Positions 1 to 11,584 of a stretch of 64,000 nucleotides of DNA are shown here, one piece after another; the first letter of the stretch is position 1; each line of letters starts with the position of its first letter. The translations under genes were made by a program, and so were the position numbers. This DNA is from Eledone cirrhosa (Eukaryota): the NCBI GenBank assembly GCA_964016885.1, contig OZ024743.1:275528001-275592000 (forward strand). The letters run 5' to 3'. The notes beneath the pieces were generated by a model that did no database searches, was not told where the DNA came from, and saw only the letters and a list, made by a program, of their open reading frames with translations.

Positions 1-78
1 TGGCCTGTGTGTGGCCATAGATGAGTCATCGAGAAGCAGTCGCTAAGATCAACAACTTTTCATCAAAACAGATATTAT

Positions 79-262
79 TTTATGGCAGTATGGGTAGAGG
101 GTCGGACGCCATGCTTTCTAGCATAGTTACGTCCCTTTAGAGTCTGAGTTCAAATCCCGCCGAGGTTAACTTTGCCTTTCATCCTTACGGGGTCGATAAA
201 ATAAAGTACCAGTAATGTACTGGGTGATTGCTGGCCTTGTGCCTAAAGTAGAAACAATTATT
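79..262 (+). mobile_element. tRNA-derived SINE (~190 bp, main family of this window)
   Basis: A-box-like TGGCAGTATGGG, B-box GAGTTCAAATCC, core GCCTTTCATCCTTACGGGGTCGATAAAATAAAGTACCAG (resembles the MetaSINE central domain, from memory), tail GTAGAAACAATTATT; about 10 copies in the window. Confidence 0.85.
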
Positions 263-265
263 TTA

Positions 266-297
266 CCTACCCAGCCAACGCTGGGTACTGCTGCTAG

Positions 298-299
<2 letters not shown>
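266..299 (+). mobile_element. Helitron-type 3' end remnant
   Basis: Hairpin TACCCAGC-caac-GCTGGGTA followed by CTAG|T. Confidence 0.5.
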
Positions 300-386
<87 letters not shown>

Positions 387-391
<5 letters not shown>

Positions 392-578
392 AACCGGTAA
401 GACCCCGACGGCTGAGCTCAAGCCGTTTCGACGGCTAATTCTGGACTGAATTAGCCGTCGAAACGGCTTGAGCTCAGCCGTCGGGGTCTTACCGGTTCCT
501 ATTACCCACTCTACTACCCCAAGTATTGAGTACTTTGGTGCGTTATGGTCCACCTGGTTCCTTACCACATTTCCTTCG

Positions 579-580
<2 letters not shown>
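387..580. repeat. Hairpin-headed short element between (TA)n tracts (55-bp perfect arms, 6-nt loop, plus tail)
   Basis: 387-441 is the reverse complement of 448-502; related copies at 7036-7241 and 9281-9388. Confidence 0.9.
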
Positions 581-643
<63 letters not shown>

Positions 644-1070
644 ATTGTATATACATTCTCAACATTTCCATTATTCTTCATATTCACTTATTCTTACAAT
701 AATCCTCTTATTCCCCCCATTCCTTTATCCTTCACATTCCTTTATTCTCCCTTATTCGTCTGTATTTTCTCTCCCTCTTTCTTTCTCTCACGCTCGCGCT
801 ACTCCCAACCTTTCTAATCGATAAGCATCAGCAAAAGAAGGGTTTTACCCGAAATACTTCACACCAATTTATTCCACCTCCACTGCAATGTTTTTATGCC
901 AGTTATTTCTCCACACAGGCCATCAATACTTCCCTTTGGTGTTATTGTTTACTTCAAGGTTGTTCATAATATCATCATTATACAATACACACTTACCAGA
1001 GATTATTAGATTTCTGACAAACGTTATCTCTCTCTCTCTCTCTCTGTACACACACACACACACACGCACG

Positions 1071-1117
<47 letters not shown>

Positions 1118-1255
1118 GTGTAAATAAAATCCGAGGTCATATTCATTTGGTTTTGTTTTTTAAAAATCTGTTATATATATATTTCGCTGAGGACTAGCAG
1201 CCTGAGCTCCTCAGACGGTAAACCTATAAACAATGAAATTTCATAGAAACATGTA

Positions 1256-1526
1256 TGTGGTTAGAAAAAGCTATCTCACCTACCGCTTTTCATAGGCGCC
1301 GCTAAATCCCATGGCTGGTTTCTCCTCTTCCACGTGCGTACGATCCAACTCATTAACACCGGGAGCTGCCAAACTCGCGTCCACCACGTTCCTGATCACC
1401 GCTAGAGAGAGGCCGACCTGCTGGTCCTTCCGGTCGAGCACCCTTCCGGCCAAGCACCCTTCCGGTCAAGCACTCTTCCGGTCGAGCACTCCCCAGCTTC
1501 CGGGCACCGCACACCACACCATACCC
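1256..1526 (-). repeat. 3' LTR
   Basis: Near-identical to 5115-5356; four 16-bp CCTTCCGGTCRAGCAC-type units; inner terminus merges with the G-tract. Confidence 0.9.
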
Positions 1527-1538
1527 CCCCCCCCGATC

Positions 1539-2942
1539 TCAAGGATCAATTTCCCCCTCGTCCTTCTGCATATGAAAGTCTGCTGTCCAGGTTGGTGGTT
1601 TGCGACTTCTTTGCGATCTCCGCAGAGTTGGGGCGGCACTTTGGGTTTCCTCTTCCTCGGAGTCCGTTGACGCAGTGATTCTACGAACATCCAGGACATG
1701 ACGTGGTACTCCGTCCACGGACACGTTGTTCTGGGAATTTACGGCCGTCACCGTTCCCCTTCCCCATTGAGATGTGCAACGTGCATCTGGGGGCTTAACC
1801 CAGACTTCTTCGCCCACCTGCACGAATGCATTCTCTCTCCCCACTGGCCGTTGTGGTGGCGTGCACGGGTGCTGCCACTCGTATCTGAATACTGCTCTGT
1901 GTGGCACCGATTCCTCAACCTGTCCCACCCGAGGGGACATGTTGTACCAGAACACTGCCTCCATTGGTGAGATGTGGCCCCGCTCCGCCATTGCTTTGAT
2001 CGTCCCGTGGTGTCGCTCCACGATACCATTTCTGCTCGGCCTGTACGCTGCTCTGAAGAAACGGTCCACAGGGCCCCGCTCCAAGAACACCTCTCTCAAC
2101 GTCCGCATGATTTCCTCGGCCGTTCCAGTCTTCATCTCCCTCCATATTGCCATCCGTCCCGGTCCACAGTCGACCATCGAGAGGTACGTTCCCTGTCGGT
2201 AGTGTGTTACATCCACCGCCAATCGCTTCCAGTCGCGATCCACCGGAAGGCTTCCCGTTTCGTGCACACCCGGGGCGGGATCAATTGACTGACATCGGAC
2301 GCAGCCTCTAACCACTCTTTGAACACTGTGTCTGTTAACGTCCGAGTCGATTCTCCTGGCTAGGAACAGAGTCCTATCCACTCCCATGTGGTGCATGTCA
2401 TGCAACCCTTTCAGATCCGACTCGGTCAGCCGACACACGGCAGCTATCTCCTCTTCTACCTCCTCCGGCGCTTCCATCCAGGCTTTCTTCACCCTGGTTA
2501 AGACGTCCGCCCTATTTTTCTCTGAGGGCACGAAAACTACGCTCAGCCTCAGGTCGAACTCAGTGGCCAGCTCTCCTAAAGTTCCCAGGCGGCGCTTTAT
2601 CAGCATCTCCGCCGCCCCTCTCGTTCGCACTCTCTTCTCACTGGTGAGCACTGATTTCACCCATCCGAGTACAGTAGCCGAGTCGGTGCGTATCTCGATG
2701 GTGCGCAGTCCCCACCTCAGGGCGAGGTTCACCCCTCTCAACACCGCGTCCAGCTCGGCCACATTGATGTGGTTGCAGCACCTCCTATTTCCAACGTGAC
2801 ACCCAGCGCTATGCTGCTGGCATCGCACCATACGGTCCCGCTCTGCGATTTGGGAACATACCAGCGTCCCCGCACTGGGTCGTCGGCCTTCACCCTCTCC
2901 ACGATCTCCTGTATCATGGCCACCGTCCTCTCTCCCACTCTG
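1539..2942 (-). pseudogene. RNase H plus integrase of the LTR element
   Basis: VWCDASSIALG / HINVAELDAV / RTDSATV / NRADVLTR RNase H motifs; H..H..CVRC zinc finger, AVDVTH, NGIVERHH; frameshift near 2780; the segment with the second catalytic Asp appears deleted. Confidence 0.9.
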
Positions 2943-4217
2943 TCACTCCAAGTCACCTCTCCCGCTCGTCTCTTGATATAGCTGCATGCCGTCCGGAGCC
3001 ACCCAGCAATCGGGTAGTGACCCACCAACTTTCCACACCGAGAAAAGCTCCCGCCTACTCATACTTGGGCCCAGTTCTGGAACTTCATTTCCCCTCTGGG
3101 ATACTAAGACGCCCGTCCTGTCTCGCCGTAGCCTAAGTCCCAGCGCGGCTCCTCCCTCCAACGCTTCTGACGCTTTCGCAGCCAGTCCATACCCTTGTAA
3201 ATGGCTCGTGACCTCCGCCGCCGACACTACAGACTCGTCCAATAGGATGTCGTCAATGTAGGAATTAGTGGCCCTCTTCATCTTGTCGGCTTTTCCCAGA
3301 ATGGTCTTGAGGACCGCCGCCACCATCTTCGGTCCGGAGCTCAGCCCGAAACCGAGCCTGGTCAGGCAATATGTCCGGCCCTTATACCTGACCAGCTGAT
3401 ACTGCCAGAGCTTCTCATCTATATGCAATTGCAAGTATGCCGACTTTAGATCTACGATTGCGGAACCCCCCGTCATGCGTCTCCACTCACGCAGGGTTTC
3501 CCTACAGACATCCGTGACCTCGCCACCCGTGTGGCATGACAGGTGCTCGTTCAGCTCCCGAAAGTCCAGTACCGGCCTCACCTTGTTCTTCGTGGGCTGC
3601 TCCACCGCCATTAACGGCAATACTCCGCACTTCACCTCCTCTTTCCAGGGAAGCAGTATGCCCTCCTCAATCCATCTCTCTACCTCTCGCTCGAACTCGC
3701 TCCTAATGTCTCCCTTCAATGTGTGTTGATAGCAGCCCACTTTGGTCTTCAGTGTTGGTGGTTCTCCCTTCCAGTACCACTCAACAACCCATCGCTGCCT
3801 ATCGAATACGGCCTTGAAGTCTTTGTCCTGCACAGTGTAAGCGGGGTATTTCTCTTCGTGGGCCTTCTGGTTCTCCCGTCGCGTACTCACCGCGCATACC
3901 GATGCGGCGCCGCCAAACGACACACCGACGTTGTTCACTGTGACGCCTCCTAGACGGCCAATTGCGTCCATGCCCATAACCACGCCGATCCCATCCATCA
4001 CGTTGTCGACTATGATGGCAGAAAGCCTTATTTTCCTTCCCCGTACCGCCATCTCCACCTCGCTGCGACCTCGGCATTTAATTTTCCTACCGTCGACTGC
4101 CCTTACGCTGCTCTTCCCTCTCCACCTCTGCGCCACCCCCGCGGTCACCAGTGTCGTCGTACAGCCCGAGTCCACGAGGGCTCGCTGTGGCTTTCCCCTC
4201 ACGAAGACTTCCACCAC
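2943..4217 (-). pseudogene. Aspartic protease plus reverse transcriptase of the LTR element
   Basis: ALVDSGCT protease motif; RPVLDFRELN, DLKSAYLQ, RLGFGL, SYIDDI RT motifs. Confidence 0.92.
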
Positions 4218-4259
4218 GGGCAGCGCCTCTACTCGTAAGGGGCAACTACCGGCGCAGTA

Positions 4260-4978
4260 GTTCCCCTTGGATCGTTTCCCTGGTCGCAGTTAGTAGCGAT
4301 GCGGCCTGGTCGCTTACACCGGTAGCATATTATTTCCGGCCTTGACTCTCTACAGTCTCTCGCCATGTGCGGGCCTGGCACCTAAAACAGCGACCTCTAA
4401 ACGTTCGCGGGCGACCGCGTGCCGTGGTTGCCTCCCTTTCACCATTTCGCTGCCAGCTGTCTTCGGCCTCTGTAGTTGCCATCGCCGCGACACTCTTCTT
4501 GGCATCTTCTGCTATGATGCGGGCTTGCTCCACCAGTGCACGCATCTCCATTTCTTTGTAACCCGGGACTTGCTGTAGTTTCACCGCTATGTCGTCTGGA
4601 AATCCATTTATGAACGCCAACCGCACCGTGCGTTCGCATTCCGCCTGGTATCCAGCCAACATGGCCAGTCGCCGTATTTCCGCTGCGAAAATGTCAACGT
4701 GTTCGCCGTTCCATCTAATTCTTGCTAGCTTAGCAAAAGCGGCTAACGGTCCCTGCGCGAACGCTTCCATCATGCGCCTCTCGATCTTTTACGCATCCCT
4801 TTGGCTGCGTTCATCCATTCAAGGAAGAGTACCAACGCTCGAGGTACAGTGCCATGAGGCCAGCCACATCTTCAATCTTCTGTAAGCTTGCGACCAGCCG
4901 GACTTTTCGCAGCCAAGCGACATCGCCTTCACCGGTAAATGCCCTAATCGCTTCACTCGTTCGTAGTCTCATCGCCAT
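4260..4978 (-). pseudogene. gag of the LTR element (frameshifted)
   Basis: ATG at 4978 (MAMRLRTSEAIRAFTGEGDVAWLRKV...), continues in ORF 4330-4773; two zinc-knuckle remnants CFRC... and CYRC...NC. Confidence 0.8.
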
Positions 4979-5102
4979 CCTAATTTGTCTTGCGGTACGT
5001 AATAAAAATATAAAAAAACAGACTCCTCTCTGTTTTTCCAGTAGCTTTGTTTTCGAGAAGGTTTTTTTTATTTTTTTTTTTTATCAGATCTCAGTTTCCA
5101 GT

Positions 5103-5114
5103 GCCGAAATAGCT
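5103..5114 (-). promoter_or_regulatory. Putative primer-binding site complementary to the first 12 nt of tRNA-Phe
   Basis: AGCTATTTCGGC directly follows the 5' LTR; metazoan tRNA-Phe(GAA) begins GCCGAAATAGCT (recalled, not searched). Confidence 0.55.
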
Positions 5115-5356
5115 TGTGGTTAGAAAAAGCTACCTCACTTACCGCTTTTCATAGGCGCCGCTAAATCCCATGGCTGGTTTCTCCTCTTCCACGTGCGTAC
5201 GATCCAACTCATTAACACCGGGAGCAGCCAAACTCGCGTCCACCACGTTCCTGATCACCGCTAGAGAGAGGCCGACCTGCTGGTCCTTCCGGTCAAGCAC
5301 TCTTCCAGTCGAGCACTCCCCAGCTTCCGGCCACCGCACACTACACCATACCCACA
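5115..5356 (-). repeat. 5' LTR
   Basis: TG...CA termini, two 16-bp units, matches 1256-1526. Confidence 0.92.
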
Positions 5357-5483
5357 ATGTAAATTTGGAAAAGGTTTACTTTTCTTGATACAGAGGGCCG
5401 GCCGGACATGTGATGTTATTTATATATATAAACAGAAATTTACGATGGAGAAACTAAAGCACTTATCAACATATATTATTTCT

Positions 5484-5868
5484 CGGTGGATTGGCAGTAT
5501 CGGTAGAGGGTCGGACGCCATGCTTTGCAGCATTGAGTTACGGCCTTTTATGGTCTGAGTTCAAATCCCGCCGAGCTTAACTTTTCCTTTCATCCTTACG
5601 GGGTCGATAAAATAAAGTACCAGTAATACACTGGGATAATTGCTGGCCTTGTGCCTAAAGTAGAAAGAATTATTTCTTGGTGGATTGGCAGTATCGGTTG
5701 AGGGTCGGACACCATGCTTTGACGCATAGAGTTACGGCCCTTGCCATTCTGAGTTCAAATCCCGCCGAGGTTAACTTTGCCTTTCTTCCTTACAGAGTCG
5801 ATAAAATAAAGTACCAGTAATGTACTGGGGTAATTGCTGGCCTTGTACCAAAATTAGAAACAATTATT
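5484..5868 (+). mobile_element. Two tandem tRNA-derived SINEs (5484-5675, 5677-5868)
   Basis: Each has A box, B box, core and tail as at 79-262. Confidence 0.88.
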
Positions 5869-6119
5869 TCTTACAAGCTGTTTCATCTGAACAGGTTACG
5901 GTAGTATGCTCACAGAAGGAATTGTTTATGATAATGTCACAAAAAGGAATAAGTATAGGCCGTACAATATGCAAAATAACGAACCACAAATCCGGAAATA
6001 TTGCAGTCGTTCGTACGTTCAGGAAATAACATCACATGTCCGGCCGGCCCTCTGTATCAAGAAAAGTAAACCTTTTCCAAATTTACATGTTTCTATGAAA
6101 TTTCATTGTTTATAGGTTT

Positions 6120-6168
6120 ACCGTCTGAGGAGCTCAGGCTGCTAGTCCTCAGCGAAATATATATATAA
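6120..6168 (+). ncRNA. Minimal hammerhead ribozyme-like motif (mirror copy at ~1172-1220, minus strand)
   Basis: CTGAGGA (6125-6131), stem II GCTCAGG/CCTCAGC with one mismatch, GAAA (6154-6157). Confidence 0.6.
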
Positions 6169-6247
6169 CAGATTTTTAAAAAACAAAACCAAATGAATAT
6201 GACCTCGGATTTTATTTACACATATATGTGTGTGTGCGTGTGTGTGT

Positions 6248-6322
<75 letters not shown>

Positions 6323-6482
6323 CGTTTGTGTGTGTGTAAAGAGATAGAGAGAGAGAGATAACGTTTGTCAGAAATCTAATAATCTCTGATAAGTGTGTAT
6401 TGTATAATGATGATATTATGAACAACCTTGAAGTAAACAATAACACCAAAGGGAAGTATCGATGGCCTGTGTGGAGAAATAA

Positions 6483-6514
<32 letters not shown>

Positions 6515-6519
6515 CGTAT

Positions 6520-6953
6520 GTATAAACCTTATGCATTTCTACAGTATTTTCACCAAACTTAAGACATAGGTTACTTATGTACTCCGGATGGTCAGGGGCA
6601 CTTTCATTTTTCCAGATATTGATTATAGGGCCTCCCGGCAGATAAACCCCTTTAACCACTTCCTTGGAGTCGACTGAAGCACTGCAGTGCAATGCAACAA
6701 ACGTCATAACTTCTGGAGTTCGCAACCGATTTTCACAAAACTTGACACATGGGCTACGTTTGTCCTACAGATGAATGTGAACTCTCAGAATTGGCACATA
6801 TTGAGTAGGGGACCCCTGGGGGCAGGAACCCCCTTTTGGAAAAAGCCGATGATTTTGTAAAAGTATAGTTTTCGAAGTAGCACTGAAGTATTAACATAAA
6901 TGTTATACACAACTGCTATTAATACCCGAGCAACGCCGGGTACCTCTGCTAGT
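6520..6953 (+). mobile_element. Non-autonomous Helitron-like element (5' boundary uncertain)
   Basis: 3' hairpin TACCCG-agcaacgc-CGGGTA followed by CTAG|T near 6950. Confidence 0.6.
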
Positions 6954-7035
6954 CTATATATAAAAATATAAATAAGACAAGGGTAATATTGTTTATGTTG
7001 TATGTGTGTATGTATATATATATATATATGTGTAT

Positions 7036-7241
7036 ATAGGAAAAGGTTCAGCACCCCGACGGCAGAGATCAAGCCGTTTCGACGGCTACTTCTGGACTAG
7101 TAGCCCAGAAATAGCCGTCGAAACAGCTTGAGCTCTGCCGTCGGGGTCCTGAACCTTTTCCTATTAACCACTCTACTACCCAAAGTATCGAGTACTCTGG
7201 TGCGTTATGGTCCACCTGGTTCTTTACCACACTTCCTTCGT
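7036..7241. repeat. Second hairpin-headed element
   Basis: Palindrome 7036-7164 with the same tail as 387-580. Confidence 0.88.
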
Positions 7242-7272
7242 TATATATATATATATATGTATATATTAATAC

Positions 7273-7322
<50 letters not shown>

Positions 7323-7324
<2 letters not shown>

Positions 7325-7392
7325 TAGTTTCAGAAGATCCCGTTAAGGGTGAAAGCAGCGATTCTTTGCTTAAACTTTAATCTGTTATTTTA

Positions 7393-7398
<6 letters not shown>
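7323..7398 (+). repeat. Short dispersed repeat next to microsatellites (copies ~9870-9975 +, ~14645-14755 +, ~44272-44345 -)
   Basis: GATCCCGTTAAGGGTGAAAGCAGCGATTCTTTGCTTAAACTTTAATCTGTTATTTTAATAA; degenerate CAGAAGA-stem-GAAA core. Confidence 0.7.
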
Positions 7399-7444
<46 letters not shown>

Positions 7445-7446
<2 letters not shown>

Positions 7447-7615
7447 CCAGGGATAACTTGAACCTTTAAGGTATATTATCCTTGGTTATGTCAAAATTTA
7501 TAAAACACACTTCGTATTTTATCTGATGATAGCGTACCAACATTTTTGGAACCTTGAAATATATATAATAGAATAAATATGGTTTTATAAATATAGTTTC
7601 CGTTTATTTAATATC
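7445..7615 (+). mobile_element. PLE terminal fragment related to 30060-30200
   Basis: Shares CTGATGA...GAAAT and AATAAATATGGTTTTATAAATATAGTTTCC with the PLE 3' end. Confidence 0.75.
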
Positions 7616-7692
7616 ATTATGTATGTATGTATGTATGTATGTATGTATGTATGTATGTATGTATGTATGTATGTATGTATGTATGTATGTAT

Positions 7693-8277
7693 GGTGCTAC
7701 TGGTAACATGTATCCCAGTACAACCTGTCTCATGGTCGGGTCGTTGGCGACTAAACTGGCAACCCCACCAAGGTTTCTTGGTGAGGAGGGTGACTTTGGA
7801 CATCCTGCAGGACTAAAAACAAAACCTGTCAAAGGGTAAAGGAGCTCTTAAGAGTCAATGGCCATCCAAAATCACCGGGAGAGATGACCCCTTAGCCTTT
7901 GTCAAGGCAGAATTCTAGGAGAAGGAAAACTCTGATATAACACCTGCAACCCTGATGGTATCCAATGATGTTGACTTGTTCTTCTTTTTGGTAAATATCA
8001 TCTTGGTTAAGAGAGTGGGACTGGCTTTATGCAGTGCCTTTGCTCACTATAAAAGCATCAGGCACAGGCATTGCTTTATATATGGAGATATCTCTGCACT
8101 TGTCATCACATGGTACCATTGGCCCAGCACTCTGTGTCAATAATTGTCACAAGTGTACCAGAGTTTTCGAGTCGCTGGCTGGACTAAAAAGTCACACTCG
8201 TTCAGCGCATCGGTAGGGGTTCTCCTACATGGATATAAAGTAGTGGCCGTACTCGAAAACGCGTTGGCAGCCACCAT
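7693..8277 (+). mobile_element. Bipartite non-autonomous RTE-like element, subfamily A
   Basis: RTE-type 5'UTR motif CTAGGAGAAGGAAAACTCTGA, 3' part with C2H2 remnant CHKCTRVFESLAGLKSHTRSAH, flanked by (TATG)n. Confidence 0.75.
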
Positions 8278-8417
8278 ATGTGTATGTATGTATATATGTA
8301 TATGTATGTATATATGTATGTGTATATATATATATATGTATGAATGTATATATATATGTATGTATATATGTATGTATATGTGTATGTATGTATGTATATA
8401 TATGTATGTATGTATAT

Positions 8418-8721
8418 GGGAGTGAAGGACCCCTAGCCTTTGTCAGGGCATTCTTCTAGGAGAAGGTAACTCAGGAAACTGGGATAACTCCGATATAAAA
8501 CCTGCGGCTCAGTAGTTACCGATGATGTTGATCTTTTCTTCTTTTCAGGTTATAGCTACTGTCGCTCAGAGAGTGGGATTGGCTCAGTGCACAGTCTTTC
8601 CGCACTTTAAAAAATATCTTCACGCACAGGCATTGCACAACAGAATTAATTAATAATTATTAATAATGGTATAACGTGCAATGGCCATACTCGATAACGA
8701 GGGGGCAGCCATCATCATCAT
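8418..8721 (+). mobile_element. Bipartite RTE-like element, subfamily B, 5'-truncated
   Basis: Inverted homolog of 10432-10730; same termini motifs (GGCAGCCATCAT). Confidence 0.75.
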
Positions 8722-8730
8722 GTATGTATG

Positions 8731-9140
8731 TGAGAGATGACCCCTTAGCCTTTGTCAAGGCAGAATTCTAGGAGAAGGAAAACTCTGATATAACACCTGC
8801 AACCCTGATGGTTTCCAATGATGTTGACTTGTTCTTCTTTTTGGTAAATATCATCTTGGTTAAGAGAGTGGGACTGGCTTTGTGCAGTGCCTTTGCTCAC
8901 TATAAAAGCTTCACGGCACAGACATTGCTTTATATCTGGAGATCTCTCTGCACTTGTCATCGCATGGTACCATGGGCCCAGCACTATGTGTCAATAATTG
9001 TCACAAGTGTAGTGTTTGTACCAGAGTTTTCAAGTTGCTGGCTGGACTAAAAAGTCACACTTGTTCAGCGCATCGGTAGGGGTCCTCCTACATGGATATA
9101 AAGTAGTGGCCGTACTCGAAAACGAGTTGGCAGCCACCAT
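8731..9140 (+). mobile_element. Bipartite RTE-like element, subfamily A, 5'-truncated
   Basis: Close match to 7879-8277, ends in (TATG)n. Confidence 0.8.
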
Positions 9141-9211
9141 GTATGTATGTATGTATGTATGTATGTATGTATGTATACATGTATACATGTATACATGTAT
9201 ATATGTGTGTG

Positions 9212-9258
<47 letters not shown>

Positions 9259-9483
9259 ATATATATATATCCGTATATATATAGGAAAAAGTATTACCCC
9301 GACGGCAGAGCTCAAGCCGTTTCGACGGCTATTTCTGGACTCTGGTGCGTTATGGTCTATCTGGTTCCTTACCACATTTCCTTTGTTATATATATATATA
9401 TGAATATATTCATTTATCTCAGGATCATCAGATGACTCTATGATAAATAGGCGAAATTCCAGAGTAACAAGACTCACTTTTAG

Positions 9484-9567
<84 letters not shown>

Positions 9568-9656
9568 TGTGGAGAGGAAGCACACGAGTTAGGATATATA
9601 TATATATGAAAACAGGGAGAAAAAGACGATTATTACGAAGAAAAATATTTGTTTTC

Positions 9657-9693
<37 letters not shown>

Positions 9694-9823
9694 TAGTATA
9701 GAAATGGCTTCTACGGGACTAGAACTGTTTCATTCGGTAGAAATCATCAGGAAAGCCGACTGTCAATGTAATATGGTGGTATTTATACATTTTCTGGTGG
9801 TAACCCCGATTGAACCCGGGATA

Positions 9824-9862
<39 letters not shown>

Positions 9863-9976
9863 ATAATAATAAATTTGAAGACTAAAATCCAAAGAGGGCT
9901 CGATAAGGGTGAAAGATCCCGTTAAGGGTGAAAGCAGCGATTCTTTGCTTAAACTTTAATCTGTTATTTTAATAAT

Positions 9977-10065
<89 letters not shown>

Positions 10066-10431
10066 CTTATAGAAATTACTTCTACGGGAGTAGAATTGTT
10101 TCATTCGTTTTAAATCATCAGCAATGTCAGATAATATTGTTGGTAATAATATAGTTACTGTCAAATCGAATGAATATATATGGGGGGGGGGGGGGAGAAA
10201 ACGGGGAAACAACAAAGAAAACAATACAACATCATGCAGATATATATTTTAGTTTAACGATTGATTTAGTAGGGAAAGAGTCCTAACGTTTCGGGCACTA
10301 GTCTTTTATCAGAAGATAGAATAAGAAATAAAACAAGAAATAGAAATATAGAGGAGAGTGAGAAGGGGAAGAAATGGCAAAACGTTTTGGAGAAAAAGGA
10401 CATGTGTATTCAGTCAGCCATTTTGGGGAAT

Positions 10432-11017
10432 ACATGATGGCTGCCCCCTCTTTATCGAGTATAGCCATTGTACGATATAACATTGTTATTAATTATTAAT
10501 TAATTCTGTTGTGCAATGCCTGTGCGTGAAGATTTGTTTTTAAAGTGGGGAAAGACTGTGCACTGAGCCAATCCCACTCTCTGAGTGACAGTAGCTATAA
10601 CCCGAAAAGAAGAAAAGATCAACATCATCGGTAACTACTGAGCCGCAGGTTTTATATCGGAGTTATCCCAGTTTCCTGAGTTGCCTCCTCCTAGAAGAAT
10701 GCCCTGACAAAGGTTGGGGCTCCTTCACTCCTAGTCGTTTAACCGCGCGATCGGGTATCCAGCCCGACTATTTCTATGTCCCCACGCATATACATACATA
10801 TGCACACATGCATATACATATATACATATACATACATATATACATATTTACACATTTTGGCATGGCTGTTGACTTTTATGAGTTCTTCCGCCCTTTGTCA
10901 GGTTTTGTTTTTCGTCCTGCAGGGTCTCCAAAATCACCCTCCTCACCAAGTAAACTTGGTGGGATTGCCGGTTTAGTCGCCGACGACCGGACCATGCGAC
11001 AGGTTGTACTGGGGAAC
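10432..11017 (-). mobile_element. Bipartite RTE-like element, subfamily B, near full length
   Basis: 5' end homologous to 7710-7850, 3' part homologous to 8418-8721, internal microsatellite. Confidence 0.75.
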
Positions 11018-11584
11018 ACATACATACACATATACATACATACAAAGATGTATGTATGTATGTGTGTATGTATGTGTTTGTGTGCGTGTGTTTGTGTGTG
11101 TGTCTCGTATATGCATGTACGTACTTGTGTGTATGTAGAAAGTACGTATACTTGCATGTATGAAGAAATGGATTGCTGGTTTAATGAATGAAAGAGTGAA
11201 TGCAAACGGGTGTATTATATTGGCATATTTAATTACTTTCGCCACGTCTTACTGTAGCTTCCATGTTTCAACACAGATAGTCGTATGGAACGTTGCCAGA
11301 TCAATTAAAGTTTATTGTCGGCTGCACGAATGCATTTTTTAATAATATTCGCTCGACCAGAAATCTGGATTGATATTTTCAGCTTGGTCCACTGAATATT
11401 TAACATAATGTCCGTGCCATGAGCCATTCACACCTTACTAGGTTGTGGGGGCGCTGTGGTAGTGATATACAGTGTGCCTTGGGCATTTTAAACAATCCGT
11501 CTCTAGGTCTGAACACAGCCGATTTCTTTCAGAGAGGTTTGAAGTGATAGAGAAGAAGTAAAAAGTGATACGGAGGAAGAATCA

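Larger units (their letters stand above)
1256..5356 (-). mobile_element. Compact Ty3/Gypsy-like LTR retrotransposon, frameshifted
   Basis: Direct LTRs 1256-~1526 and 5115-5356, outer termini TG...CA, 5-bp TSD ATGTA (1251-1255 and 5357-5361), order gag-PR-RT-RH-INT, G-tract (PPT) next to the 3' LTR. Confidence 0.95.
902..6483. repeat. Inverted repeat with ~450-bp arms (PLE pseudo-LTR-like); left arm split by the LTR retrotransposon
   Basis: 902-1255 plus 5362-5421 is the reverse complement of 6024-6483; contains a hammerhead-like core. Confidence 0.9.

Noticed and set aside
5099-5112. Conventional tRNA-Phe 3'-end PBS (GTGCCGAAA)
   Set aside because: Wrong strand for the element, lacks TGG and does not continue as CCCGGG
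7955-8143. Repeated small ORF MVSNDVDLFFFL... (also 8808 and 23538)
   Set aside because: Recurrence is explained by the repeat copies; C-termini differ through indels
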